Below are positions 1-13,100 of a stretch of DNA of 64,000 nucleotides, piece after piece. Numbering within the stretch: the stretch's first letter is position 1; each line of letters starts with the position of its first letter. The stretch spans positions 186,001 through 250,000 of the forward strand of contig JAQGDQ010000067.1 in NCBI GenBank assembly GCA_030141605.1, in the 5' to 3' direction. A program made the translations under genes and the position numbers. The stretch comes from Tubiluchus corallicola (taxonomy: Eukaryota > Animalia > Priapulida). The notes below the pieces were generated by a model that worked only from the letters and a program-made list of their open reading frames with translations, was not told where the DNA came from and searched no databases.

Positions 1-799
1 ATAAGCTCCCTATACATGCTAACAACACTATTCTGCATAGCTCCTACCCCTGGACAACACCCAAATAGGATCAGTTTGAAAGAGATTTTAAATTGAGGTC
101 GAAATTGGTTTGTCGCATTATTGCAAAGACAACAAAAGTTTTTTCTCCATTGTAATATTGCATTGCCTACAATAAATTAAGTGTATCTACTCAATGCACT
201 TCTTGGCCAGTCTTAAGTTAACTTACTTGGACTTATGCCAACTCAGCAGTGTCACTTGTGTCTCTTGCTACATTAATCCTCTTATATAAATCTGTATTTT
301 AATAAAAGCATCCTAAAAGATGCTTTCCAGAGCCCCTCGTCATGCATTCCCAGATGCAGACACTTTGCTTGGAGTATTCGTTTCATTATTGCTTCTCAGG
401 TTTTACCCTCCAATTAAAATGCAGAGCAGCTTCTTATAAATTCAGATATCTCCTATCTCTTGCAAATTCGTTACAGCAATCCTATTTTCATGTATTGCCT
501 TTTCTGCTCTAGCCTTTACCTCGAATGACCACTGACCTTACTTTGGCAATGTCAATTTCTATATAAAAGACTAAACGGTCACCCATACCAGAGAATGAAA
601 TAACTGATAGCGCTTAAATGAGAAGCGACAGTAAACACTAAAACATGTCACATTCTTAATGTGGTGCCAATCGGCAGCCATTTATGCAGAAGATGGATGT
701 GTAGGATGTAGTATTAGAAAAACAGCAACAGAAAAACAGAAACAAACAGTTCAAGTTAGAATTTAAAGATCCTGGTATAAAGATAACATGGATAGCATT

Positions 800-3358
800 A
801 ACCTCTAAAACATTCTGTTGCCATCACATGACTTGCTTGGACATATTTACATCTGCCACAGCACTCTTTGGCTGTCAGCAATATCTAATAAGTTGTTCAC
901 ATGCTTTAGAACTTAATGTCTTAACTCCTTACCCGTATGATCTAGGTGATGTATGACTACTAACAGTTGTTGTTGGAATACCTTCACTGTCCTTACGGGA
1001 AACTGATACTTTCATTCTCACTGGATCTCTTGAATATAAGGTTTGAAAATCGTGACCTACCTTCTTATCATGATAGTATCTCTGTTTCTCCTTATTTTCC
1101 ATGAGAAGTTGTTTGACCTTCTCTAAGTCATATGCTTGTGGTTTAAGGATGTCTGTCGCAACTGGAATTTTGTTCCATGGTCTACGGCATATACTTAGTT
1201 GTGCTGGTGACATATTACAGCTTTCTAATGTTCAAGCAAAGCTAAATTTCTGTCTCAATTCTTGAACCATAGTCTTTTGCCCACTGGTATGGCTTGCTCA
1301 GCCTCACCATTTGACTTTGCAAAATGAGGAGATGAAATCTGATTTTGTATTTTCCAGTCTTCACAAAAACTTTCAAACCTTCTTGACGAAAACTGAGGTC
1401 CATTGTCTGTTCTCGATTTCTCCACTTCACCATGTCAACTTAGTTGTGACTTCAGAACTTCAATAGTAACATACCTACTCAAGTCTGGCACTTTTGTCCA
1501 CCTCGATGAATTTGCTGAAATAATCGGTCGTCACTACAAAATGTTCAGCTTCGAACTCAAGATCACTTGCAGCCTCACCTCATGGCATGTCTGGTATTTT
1601 TGGTGGTCTTAATACCTATTTGAAGTCTCAAACAATGATATCGCCCAACTGGAGTATTAAAAGCCTTCCCCCATTTAAAGATTTCCCCATTTCTTCTAGC
1701 TTAGCGGCTATTCTTTTAAAAGCTACTGGCTGTTTTCTAGGACCATGAACTACTGGCGGCACAGTTGGATCAATTTTAATTGAATACATACCCGGCAATT
1801 CACCAGTAATATTTCTCAGTTCAGGATATGCATCTTTTAATTCCGTAGTTTTACTATGATTGCTGGATGAGACCTAGTTGTTTGCTAACTTCTCCAGATA
1901 GTAATTGACACTGTCCTGATTTCACTATAAAATATTCAACGTTAACACACTTTCCTTTGGTAGACTCACGCTATCTGTGATCTCAATACTCTGGTGAGTA
2001 TACGAATGATGCTGATGTTGTGTTTTCACTAGTTCTTGTTTACGTTTCAGCTGTTCAAAATCACAAAGTGGAAATAGAAACATCGCAGCACCTGCGTCAA
2101 TCTGAACTACACAGTTTTTGTTATAAATCTGCACAGTTTCCCACCAGTCACGTTTATCACGATCAGTGACAATATTTACCAAATGTGCATACTCTTCGTC
2201 GGAAATATTGCTGTTGCTAAATTCCAAATCCACAACATTCGTCTTGTATGATCAGTGCTAAATTTAGCTCTTGTTACACGCTCATTACACATGGACTTAA
2301 AATATCCTTTTTCTTACAAAAGTTGCAGTTATTTCCTTTAGCTGGGCATTGTTTATGCAATGCATCATACTGACATCTGACACATTTCTGAAATGCTGAG
2401 CTAGCTTGAATTTACTGTAAACTGGAGGTTTACAACTGTTAGCTGATGCACTAGCTTTATTCATGCGCTGATTTTTAGCTCCTAGCTTGGCTGGATATTT
2501 TATTGACTTTAGGGTCTTCATCAGCTATATCTATCATTCTAATGCTTTCACAAGACATTTCGTAATTCTGACCTATTTGAATTACTGTTTCAAGGTTCAA
2601 TTCATCACCTTTTTCCAAGCATTTTTCATGCACTTGTGCATGTAAATATCTTAATACAATAGCGTATTTTAGCATTCTATTTTCTTCTAGAAATCTATAG
2701 TCTTTCACTAAAATTTTAAGGTCTGTTACAAAATTGTCAAATTGTTCACTTATTTTCTACTTCCCTCGATTAAAATTTACCGTTGCTCATATCTGATTTC
2801 TCTTTGGCGCAGTATATTCGTTATACTTGGCAACGTGTCATTTTCTGCTGGTCTACCTTGCTGTTCTCCTATTGCTAGTACAGCAGGCGCCCACTCGAAG
2901 GTGTTGTAAATTTCATACCCTTTATCACATATGAAGGTCATTAAGTAATTGACTTTTTCAATCTCAGTCTTAGATGCAAGTGGCCCTTTAAACGTGAATT
3001 CACAAAGTTGCTGAAAACTTTTCCACTCTTTGGACAAATCTGCCTGATGCCAGTTCATTGCTGGTTTGTTTGAAATTGACTCTGCCATTTCAATATCAGT
3101 GGTAACACATAGTTTTCTTTTCACAACTTAATACAACTACTTAAATCACTGCATAACCAGAATTCATCCTCACGTTGTATAGTCACTTTATTTTTATTCA
3201 GTATCCCACTTCGGTTACACCATGTAACATCTTATACAAGTTTGTGGGCGATGACTTGTTGTTATTCTGTCCAATTACATGTTTATACAGTACTGCCATC
3301 TCTAGGAGGCATTACAAATTAATATGTTACAATATGCATTCTGAGTTATCATGCTACA
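800..3358 (-). mobile_element. Decayed Ty3/Gypsy LTR retrotransposon (putative LTR 3223-3358, PBS 3203-3222, gag, protease, RT and integrase remnants)
   Basis: gag-like ORFs 2777-3124 and 2475-2708; protease-like VQIDAGA (1925-2233); integrase tail SPAQL...KEKQRYYHD (929-1213); TTACA followed by TGGTGTAACCGAAGTGGGAT PBS-like sequence; many stops and frameshifts. Confidence 0.85.
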
Positions 3359-6300
3359 ATCTTTTCTTTTCTTCTGGCACAATTATGGAACTTTTTATAT
3401 TAATTACAATACAGACTTTAGGATTATAAATTGTTGTAAACTTATTCACCTTCTGTTTCAGTAGTACTGTATCCTTAACTTGGGAATTGTGATGGCGTGC
3501 ATTCTTATTCAGCATCTCTTGCAATTTCACTTTTCTGTTCATCTCTTTCTCTGTCTATCACGGTGTTATTTTGAGTGATAGTTGAAAATTTGACACTCAT
3601 TTCTCTGCCTCCAAACTTTGCAGAAAATGGACTTTTACCAGTTGTTAATTGCATTGTAGCTCTGTGGTTTTGTAAGAAACAGACTACTGACTCTCTGAAA
3701 TTCTTGCAAACCAATTGAGTAGTATGTACGACTTTCTTGACTGATCGATTAAATCACTCGACTTCGTTAATTCCATGAAAGCATTCAGGGTGATTTTCTG
3801 TCGACAAATCCCATTTCTTCGCCTAATGTTTTGAATTCTTTCAAATTGAACAGAATGGTCTGAATTGTCAAATTGTCTGATTAAACCTCAAAAAAGAAAT
3901 ACCTTTATCAGCAAACATAAACTTCATCATCCTGATTAAAATACTTACTGATACTTACTGTCAGAGGCTTTGAAGAAAAGTATACCTCTGGTCATCTACT
4001 ATCTATCATTACAAAAAAAATATTCTACATTCAGGTACAGTCCACGAATGACCATCTGCACATTCTACCACGGGCCTTTCTGCAAGTCTGTCACACTAAC
4101 AGGTTCCTTTCTGTGTGCAGATTCAGTTGCTTGACATGGTAAACAGTTTGCTATAGTACGTTTAACTTATTTGTCGGTTCCAGGAAACTAACAAAATATC
4201 CTTATCAAAGCTATTGTTTTACAAATGCCTTAATGTGCTTTGCATGCCACATGTATAATTGTATAATTTATCTTGCAAAGATTCAGAAACGATTATTTTT
4301 TGTCCGCGATTCACAATGCCATCGCACTCAGATAATTACGAAAATACATCATCTGTCAAGTATGGCTTTAGTGCAAGATCAGCATTTTCAAAGCTTGACC
4401 TTTGTGAATAATTTATAATAGTTTCTGTAACGCTATGTCATTTGCTGTATCCTTTTGTACTTCTTGCAGTGCGATAGCTTGGTGCAAGCCTTTGTTGGCC
4501 ACAGCTCTCACATCTCTTCATTGGATGTCTAGAGATGTAAGCTGCTGTTTTGTTTACCTGAACGATATTGCTGTTCATATGGCATTCTTGTAAGTCCATC
4601 TATCAGTTCTAGGTGGAAGATCACTGCAGGTTTTATTAAACATTGACACAAGTGGGCAGTGATCTATAATGGCTTTGAATTATGATGCTCCCAGAAGATA
4701 TCTGCGCAGTTTCTTTATCGCCCACGGGACTATTAATCTTTCACATTCTGTCTGAGAATATCATTTTTCAATGTCTTTCAATCCACGTGATTTATAGCCA
4801 TCCCCAGTAAAGAATGTACTTTTTCTTTTGGTTGTGGTGCATTCATATGAATAATAACATCCACTTCTCTCGGGTCTCGTTTCATTCCATCTTCAGTGAA
4901 AAGACGTCCAAAAAATTCAACCTTGTCCTGATCAAATAAGCACTTTTCTGTATTTAGAGTGAATCCTTTCTATTGCAATCGACCAACCGTGGCTTCTAAT
5001 GCACAAAGATGCTTTGCATCTGATTTGCCGTAAATCACCGTATTGTCCGAGAAGTTGTCTTGGTTCTGGATATCACTGGTGTTCATTTACAAGTTGGTCA
5101 AAAATATCTTGCGCAGACTTTGTACCATAATTAACTCTTTTGTATCTGTAAAGTCCATCTATGCCATAAAATGTAGTTATAATTATCTCTACTCTTTGGA
5201 TATTTCGATTTAATGATAACCTTTGCATATATCCAGCTTACTAAATTTTACGGCATCATTGATCTTGCATACAATGTTATCAGCGGTAGGCATCACTGTT
5301 GTCGGCCACAACACCGCTTTATTTGCAACATGCATATCGGTGCAAAATCTGAGCATTTTCTTTTTCAATTATTTTTTGCTCAGGAATGTAAGAAATTTTT
5401 TTCACGTGCTGCTTGTTTCAAAAGTACACAGTATTTTCCTTGGTTTTTGCACAATCGGCTTAACAGTTTCGTCATTGAGTAGTTTGGCTAGCTTATCTTT
5501 TAACTTGCTTACGTCGCAAATTTTTTTCGTGTTCCTTTACTACTTTTTGAACCAGTGACTTCGCTTACGTATGCAGTGTTACACTTGATCAAACCGAACT
5601 TTTAGCTAAGTATCTTCTGAAATTAATGGCAGATTTCCACCAGACTTTTTCGTAACTAAAATTGTAGGTTTAGCCCAAAGTCTTATCAGCTTTATAGCCC
5701 TTTCACTGCAATACTCAAAAAGATGTGATTTGCGTGATCTTACGTTGACACTAACACCCGTACTTTGTTCAAATAGTTTTATTTGTTCACTATCTCAGAT
5801 ATCGCTGCTCAATCCGATACCGGGCTGCCAGTAATTATTATGCCAAACATTTTAACCTTCACTCTATGAGGTTCCACTTTTGGGTTTTGTTGTGATGGTT
5901 GGAAAAATAGCATATTTTCCACGTGTACTTATCACTCTCGTCGGTTTGTCCTGATGAATGCTCGGTTAACTGTAATTTCTTTATATGTTTCTTCATAGGT
6001 ATTTTCCTACATTTATGCTCTTGATATTTGTGGCTGAAGCAACAGTTGGCATGATTTTTCTTCCCACAGAAATTGCATGTCTGTCCAATGTTAGGACACA
6101 ACAACTTTTCGAAATGTTCACCACTACATTGTTTGCACTGATGACTTTTTTGCGTCACAGGTATTTTAGAGTCACTGCAGGGCTTAAAATGCTGTTGGCT
6201 GTATTTGTTTCTTGAAGTGACCTTTCTAGTGATTTTTTTCTATCTGGCTGCCACTAACAAAGTCCGACTTCATTGCTTTATCCATGGCAACAGCGTATTC

Positions 6301-6530
6301 TTTTTTCTGCCCTTTATCTAGCACTTGGTCTAGTGTGTGGGTTGCTTTTGCGCATGACAGGCAAATTTCCTAATCATCCATGTGTTCAGTCAGCTGACAT
6401 ATCATTTCACCAATGGAAGGTATATATCACCATTAAAATTTGCTTAGTGGAAGGTGTTATCAGCATTATTCTCCAGTAAGCACAGGGTCCTGTACTTTGA
6501 CTGCTTTCTGAAATGACTTGCCCAATTTAA
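3359..6530 (-). mobile_element. Decayed Ty3/Gypsy internal region (gag zinc knuckle, RT, RNase H, integrase)
   Basis: CNFCGKKNH zinc knuckle (5859-6158); RT remnant YKRVNYGTKSAQDIF near 5105-5150; integrase tail HRATMQLTTGKSP (3505-3714). Confidence 0.85.
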
Positions 6531-6695
6531 AAAAATTAACGCAAACCTGTTCTGATTTTTTAATGTGTAGTTTGCTGTTCTGGGAGTCTCTGACCTTGCA
6601 CCTGAGTTTTGTGAAAATTGGTTCTAAAAATAATTTTCAAAGCAGAAAACACAGAAAGTACAAAATTTGGTGAAAAAACCTTTGCAGAAAGGAAA

Positions 6696-6775
6696 AGTGT
6701 GTGCGTGTGCAAGTGCGTGCGCGCGTGCGTTCATATGTGTGTGTGTGCGTGTGTGTGCGCGCGTGCGTGTGTGTT
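6696..6775. repeat. (GT/GC)n microsatellite
   Basis: Alternating purine-pyrimidine tract. Confidence 0.9.
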
Positions 6776-7077
6776 TATTTCTAGTTATGTTCTGTGCTTT
6801 ATATGCTTTGTGTCACTATATGTAATCATTTTTTGTAGAACTGGTGAAATGTTGAGAGAATTTCTCAGCTGAAAGTTAGGGTTGAGACTGAAAGATTAAC
6901 AGTTAAAAATGGCCACTGAAACTTACAATCCAAGTTCTTCTTAATGAGTTTTATAATTTCATTTAAAGTCAGTTTTGTCTATGTTACTGCTTGATGGAGA
7001 ATTGTCTTTGTGTTAAATTGTCTTCATCGATAATTAAGAAATATTTTGTAAACAGTGATTTTATTCACTAAATTTAG

Positions 7078-7185
7078 GCAATTGAAAAATTCTCAGCGAA
7101 CACTCAGATAATTTCTCAGTCTTTGCAAGCACTAGCAAGCAGACTTACAGAAACTGAACTACCAAATGATGTTATGTCAACTAAG
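7078..7185 (+). CDS. MCF2L: GEF exon: AIEKFSANTQIISQSLQALASRLTETELPNDVMSTK (segment after Sec14)
   Basis: TTTAG acceptor, GTACAT donor, phase 0/0; resembles DBS AIESF...AETELPNDV. Confidence 0.9.
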
Positions 7186-10100
7186 GTACATTTTAAATAT
7201 CAGTTTTTAAATTAATTTGCTTGTATATCATTTTGACTGTTGTCATCATCACAATGAACACTGTACTGTAGGATTCTAGGTGTAATTTAGTCAATAGTTG
7301 CCACACCTCATGGATTTCTTTCCTCTCATCTATGTGCACATTATGTGCCAAGCTGTGGAATGGCTGTGTGCTAAGCCAATAATTGTTGTAGCAACACACC
7401 AGCTCAACAAAGAAAATTTTCATTGGTATAAGATTCTAGTTACTTTGAACATTTACACTCCATTTTATTTCGCTCTTATATTTCAATGTCATAACCATCG
7501 TGCTAATTTTAGGAGGTTTTGGCTGCTCAAAGCTTGCAAAGAGATGATATCAAAGATGATTTGGCCAGTGCTATGCAACATGGAGAAACCTTGCTAATGT
7601 GTCTTAAGAAGCCACCAACTGATGGTGCTGGTAGCTATGTTGATGAAAAATGGCACATTAATTTAATTGAAAAGTACGTAGTCATTTAATACTATTTAGA
7701 CTTACATTTTAAAATATAAAGTTTATAATCCTATTGATGTTACCAGTCTTACAGCAAATTCAGTATCCATTAAAGTAGTGAAGGTAATTGCTGGTAAGCC
7801 CCTTATCTAGCTAATATAATATGTGCGGACTATTGGCTTGGCTTGCAAGTAAACGAGATATAAATGCATATAATGAACAAAAACTATTTAGTTTTTATTT
7901 ATTACACAGGTAAAACTTTTTGTGATCGACAGATTAGCTAGAAAGTTAGAAAAAACTATTTTAATAACATATTAAAAATATTAAATGTCTTTAATATGAT
8001 TAACTAAACCAACTGAAGTCACTTCTTTGACTAGGTTGTTGGAGTTAACTTGAAACACTGCAGGGGTAACATTACATAATCACACAAAAATAGAATAAAA
8101 CAAGCAACTTATTAAATGACCAAAATGAGGTGAAATACCAACAACTGGCTAGTATGAATGAAGCATAAAAAATTATATTAAGAATTCGTTTTCCTCATCA
8201 CCAATTTGAAACACTGTATTCAATATGCCTTCATATTTTCACTAAAGTGACTGTTCTGTATGCTTTCTATGTTTTAAATAAACAAAGTTAAACTACCTTT
8301 TTTAAATTTAATTTCACAAAACTACCTAGATTGCTGTTTATGACCATGTCATAAGCATGAGATTCTGTAATACATCCAAAACTACTAGTGCTGACTGTGC
8401 AAAATTTTTACAGACCTGCTCTCATCTGAAAATTGTAGTTTCGCTATTACTGAATTCGTCATACTTTATTACCTAAATAATGGACTTCGTTTCGATAAAA
8501 TTGGAACTTGTTACTTTCAGACCTGCAATCCCATGAGACTGGAGTCTGAAGGTTTTAGTATTGTCTTCAATGAATTCACCATGCTTGATTACCTACGAAT
8601 TGCATTTTGTTTTAATGCAATGAAATGTTTTAATAACTTATGACATTTTGCATCGAGACATTTCATTTGATGTACTACAAGCCACTGTACTTCAAAAATC
8701 ATCTGTGAATGAAAAAACATTCGTGAATCTGTGCAACCCACCTGTTTCAGTTTTTGGCCCACAGCAGAATTTTTTTTCATTATTCAAAGACCCATATTTG
8801 CTCATGCATAAGAACTTGGGCCCATACAGCCACATACACAAATTATGGCCCTAAGTGAAAACAGTAGGAGGAAATGAAGCCTAACGAAAAATCATTCAAT
8901 GTCTACTGTCCTTGACCCTTTCAACCAAGGTCATAATTGGTAATTCGTTATCTGAGCCCCTACAGCTGATACCTGCCCTGCAAGTTCCGCAACTCCAGCT
9001 TCTTTATTTTCCCTGTTTGTTTTAACAATTTTGCCATATCCCTTGATTTGGTCATGCCCACTTTTTGAAAAATATTTAGTGCACGCTGCACATATACCCT
9101 TACTAGGCTACCTGTACATGCAAAAACATAGACTCGTAGTCAACTTGATAGATAGATAGAGGGATAAAAGATTTATTTTCATACAAAAATTGCAGTTAAC
9201 AAACTGAATAAGATTGCATTTATAATAAAAACACAATTAAAAGGCATTAGCTGTAAACAATGAAAGGATGAAAAAATATACTTGAAAAATAGATCTTACA
9301 GAAAGCAATACTAATACAACTACTGGTAAAAAATACAAAAGTGAAGTTGAGTGGCAAAACTATTCACGCTAATTGGCTCCTGCTGTTGTGACCTGTGATT
9401 CAGAGGTATGATTCTCTCGCTGCCTGTGTTAGTTGCCTACTCAGCAATTTTTTTTTATTTTAGCTCTTTTAGTTATGGAGTTATTGACAAGTCCCCATTT
9501 TAACACTTTTGCTCATACCACATAACCTATATTCAAGTGGGCTGTGCAGCTGCTTGTCAGTAACCACCTGTGGTGTGTTATGAAATGTGGCCTTTACATG
9601 AATATAAAAGTATACACATTTTCCGAGAATAAGATTTTTTTCTAAAATGTGATGCCCCTCAAACTTTGGCGCCCTAGGCTATAGCCTAATTAGCCTATTG
9701 GCTAAAATGCACTGGATGTAATGATGTAAACAAAGTGATGGTCCACCAACTAGCGGTCACGCGAGTCTGTGTCTGTAGCATGCATGTCAGATTCTTCGGA
9801 TATCCGTAAAAGTGAGGTACAGCAATCCAAGATATGAGTGTAATCAAATTCAATAAAGAATAAAAATAAACGGTTGATTTCCAATAAAATTTCCATATGC
9901 TGTCGAATCATAGAAAAGATTATTAATTCTTAGAAAAGATAGCCATGTCATCACTTTTCACTTTTTCAAAAAAAAGAAAATATTGCACATTCGCATGACT
10001 AGTAAGTTCACAATAAGAGAAAAACAAAATAGTTTGCTTTTGAAATAATCTTGAATAATTTGAAAGGAACTTAGATGTGTAATTCTCCAATAGTTACTAA

Positions 10101-13100
10101 CCAAACAACAGTATGTGGATGAATTACCTATAAATTAGTATTAATTAGAGAACTTATAATGATTAACAACTCTTGTCATGTCTGATAAGTTTCTTGATTC
10201 ACTCTTTTTTCAGATTGTTAGTCAAACTTTCTAACACAGAAAAGGATTTTGACTTATTTTGGCAGAAACATGAAAAGAAGCTACAACAGTGTTTACAACT
10301 GCGAACATTTGAACAGGAATTTAAAAGTGTGAGTTCAGGTGCAGCTGCTAGCAAGTAGTGCTTCTGTTTCAACCCTTTGTCCATAATTTCTCCCTTTGAT
10401 AAAGACTCAGCTTTCACAAACATTATTGTTATTATTAAAACACTACAAAATGGATAGAAAAGTTTTGTGAGCATCCTTGTCTGTAGGAAATTCCATATCT
10501 ACCAAATTGTTCCTGCTTTACTGAACAATAAAGCACTGCATGAAAGATCTTTACTACAACAAAATTAAACAAATTTACATTTCATTTATGCTTCATTTCA
10601 CTGAGTTATAATTTATTGTGCTTATTACTTATTTCGAAGTGATAAATAATAATTACACTCAATAGTATTTGAATAAATGATTGTGAATTTGCAAGCTGAA
10701 CTCTACCCATGAAAATACAGCATGTCAGAGCCATCAACATGTAAAGCAAAAGATGTCTAAAACACCAATCAAATAAGTTGATCTAATTATATTTATAATT
10801 ATTGTTATTATTATTATTATTTATTATAATTCTTACATATATATTTGGTTTACAGGTTATGCTTGCATTGACCCAACATGTAAAGCTAAAGATGTCTAAA
10901 ACACCAATCAAATCAGTTGATCTAATTATCTTTATTATTATTGTTATTATTATTATTATTTATTATAATTCTTACATATATATTTGGTTTACAGGTTATG
11001 CTTGCATTGACCCAACATCAAGATAAGTTGGACAAATATGTTAAAACCGGTGATTCAGCAAAGCACTGTGAAGAAGTTCTGGAAAAGTGTCAGGCCTTTC
11101 AGGACGAGATTTTTGTTAGTAGTATTGTCATTCACACTTATTTGGCAGTACAAGTCTATTATGGATTTTATATGAAAATCGCACAGGTAGAAACCAGCTA
11201 CTAAATGATTTACTAATAACAGAAGTGGCGTTTGTCCACAGCTAATTGCTCTTGCAGCGGCGGAGAACACCACCACCATGTCACATTGGAAACATTCATC
11301 ATTTATTAAATCCCAGCATGAGTAGCATGATTTTTGGAGTTTTAATGTAAAATCCATATATTTGCATAAGTGTTTTTTTTTTAGTTGACAGTGCCTTGTT
11401 CATTTTGGTGAATTTGTGCCGTTTTAACATTTTCTTTGGTACATGTGTTGGCACTCGATGGTTTTTCTCTCAATATATTAGATATTAGGATATTCGAAGA
11501 GATAATAATAAACTTTATCATTAAAACTAAATGCGTAAGTCTCAAACAGTAATTCCAATTAGCAACGATGTACATTGTATTAGTATTAGTCATTGGAACC
11601 GATTTTCAATTGGAATTTGTTAATTGACAATACACTAGCTCATTCAGTTCTGGTTAAAGTTTATCGTATATATTAACTTTGGTGGTGTGCTATGGATGGT
11701 GCTGTGGGGTGGTAGGGTGTGTGTGAAGTTGGTGGAATGGTGTGGTGGGCGTGGTGTGGTGTGGATAATCTGGTGGGGTGGTAGGGTGTTGGTGTAGTGT
11801 GGTGGGTGTGGTGTGGGTGGTGTGCTGTGAGTGGAGCGGTGAGTTGGTGTGTTGTGTTGTGATGCGGTGTGGGTGGTGTGATGTATTGAGTGGCGTGGCA
11901 GGTTGGTGTGGTGTGGTGTGGGTTGTTGTGAGTGGAGTTGTGAGTTGGTGTGGCACGGGTGCGGGTGCAGGTGTTATGTTGTGAGTAGTGAGTAGGTGGT
12001 GGGTGTGGTGTGGGTTGGGTGGTGGTTGGTGTGTTGTCAGTGGAGTTGTGGGTTGGTTTGGTGCATGTGCAGGTGGTAGGTGGTTGTGTGGGTGTGGTGT
12101 GAGTGGTGGGTGGTTGTGTGTTGTGGTGTGGGTTGTGAGTTTATGTGCAAAATTCTTTTTGTGGGGTTTGGCTAGTTTTTAACTAGTGGCACCTAGCGGC
12201 CAACAAGATAATGTATAATCATAACATCTCACTTTCTATAATGAGAAGCCGAAGTTAAACCGAACACATCACTACCATATATATGCTATCAAAAGTTACA
12301 AAAAAGAATTAATTAAGCTAATTGATAAACTATCAATGCTCAAAGTTTCAACATTCAGTAATAAGTCTCTTTGGCGGATTAATAACTCGGCCAGAACAAC
12401 AAACAGGATGTATCTCAGTGGTACCTCCGCAGTTACCGGGGTTCTTGTCTGCTAACATGCTACTTGATACGAGGTTCTCAATTTCGAAGTCCTTTCTTGG
12501 TTACTCAGGTGTTACATGCAAGAATATACGAATGTGATGGATCCCTTGTTAGAGTCACACTTGTGAGGTTCCATCCGAACACCAACCTCTAGCTCAAGTA
12601 GTTGCTTGGCACTGTTATCATAATACAACTTGGCTCTATGACGTTTGGCTGTGATATTGTCGTAGCTTCCTCTTAACCACTCGTGGTTCAAATAATTTTG
12701 CAGCTGTTGGCAATGGAGTGCTTTCTATGTGAAAACAATCCCTGAACTGGGCTACTCACACTTCCTTCAGATGGAGTATTTCTATAGTTAAAGGACAGCA
12801 AGTCATTCTTTGTCGCCTTCTTTATGATCCTCTTCATGACTTTTCAGTCTTTTACATTCAGCTTTGCTGTTGGATTGGCTATGGTAACGAGATTAAGTAG
12901 TATGCTGAAATTTCCACTGCCTTTCGAGGTTAGTAAAATCTCTACTGTCAAACTGAGGACCTTTATCAGTGATAACAGTTTCTGGAATACCACAACGACT
13001 GAAATGGATCTTTAAGCAGTTGATTACTGTTTCCGACATGGTATCAGGTATGTAACCCAGTTTGCAGTAGTCAGATTAATAGTCAACCAAGACTAAGTAG

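Noticed and set aside
1-7077. Sec14/CRAL-TRIO exons expected for DBS
   Set aside because: No recognisable exon found; they presumably lie upstream of this window.
11690-12182. His/Thr/Pro-rich and Val/Gly/Trp/Cys-rich ORFs
   Set aside because: Translations of a GT-rich low-complexity tract; no splice or homology support.
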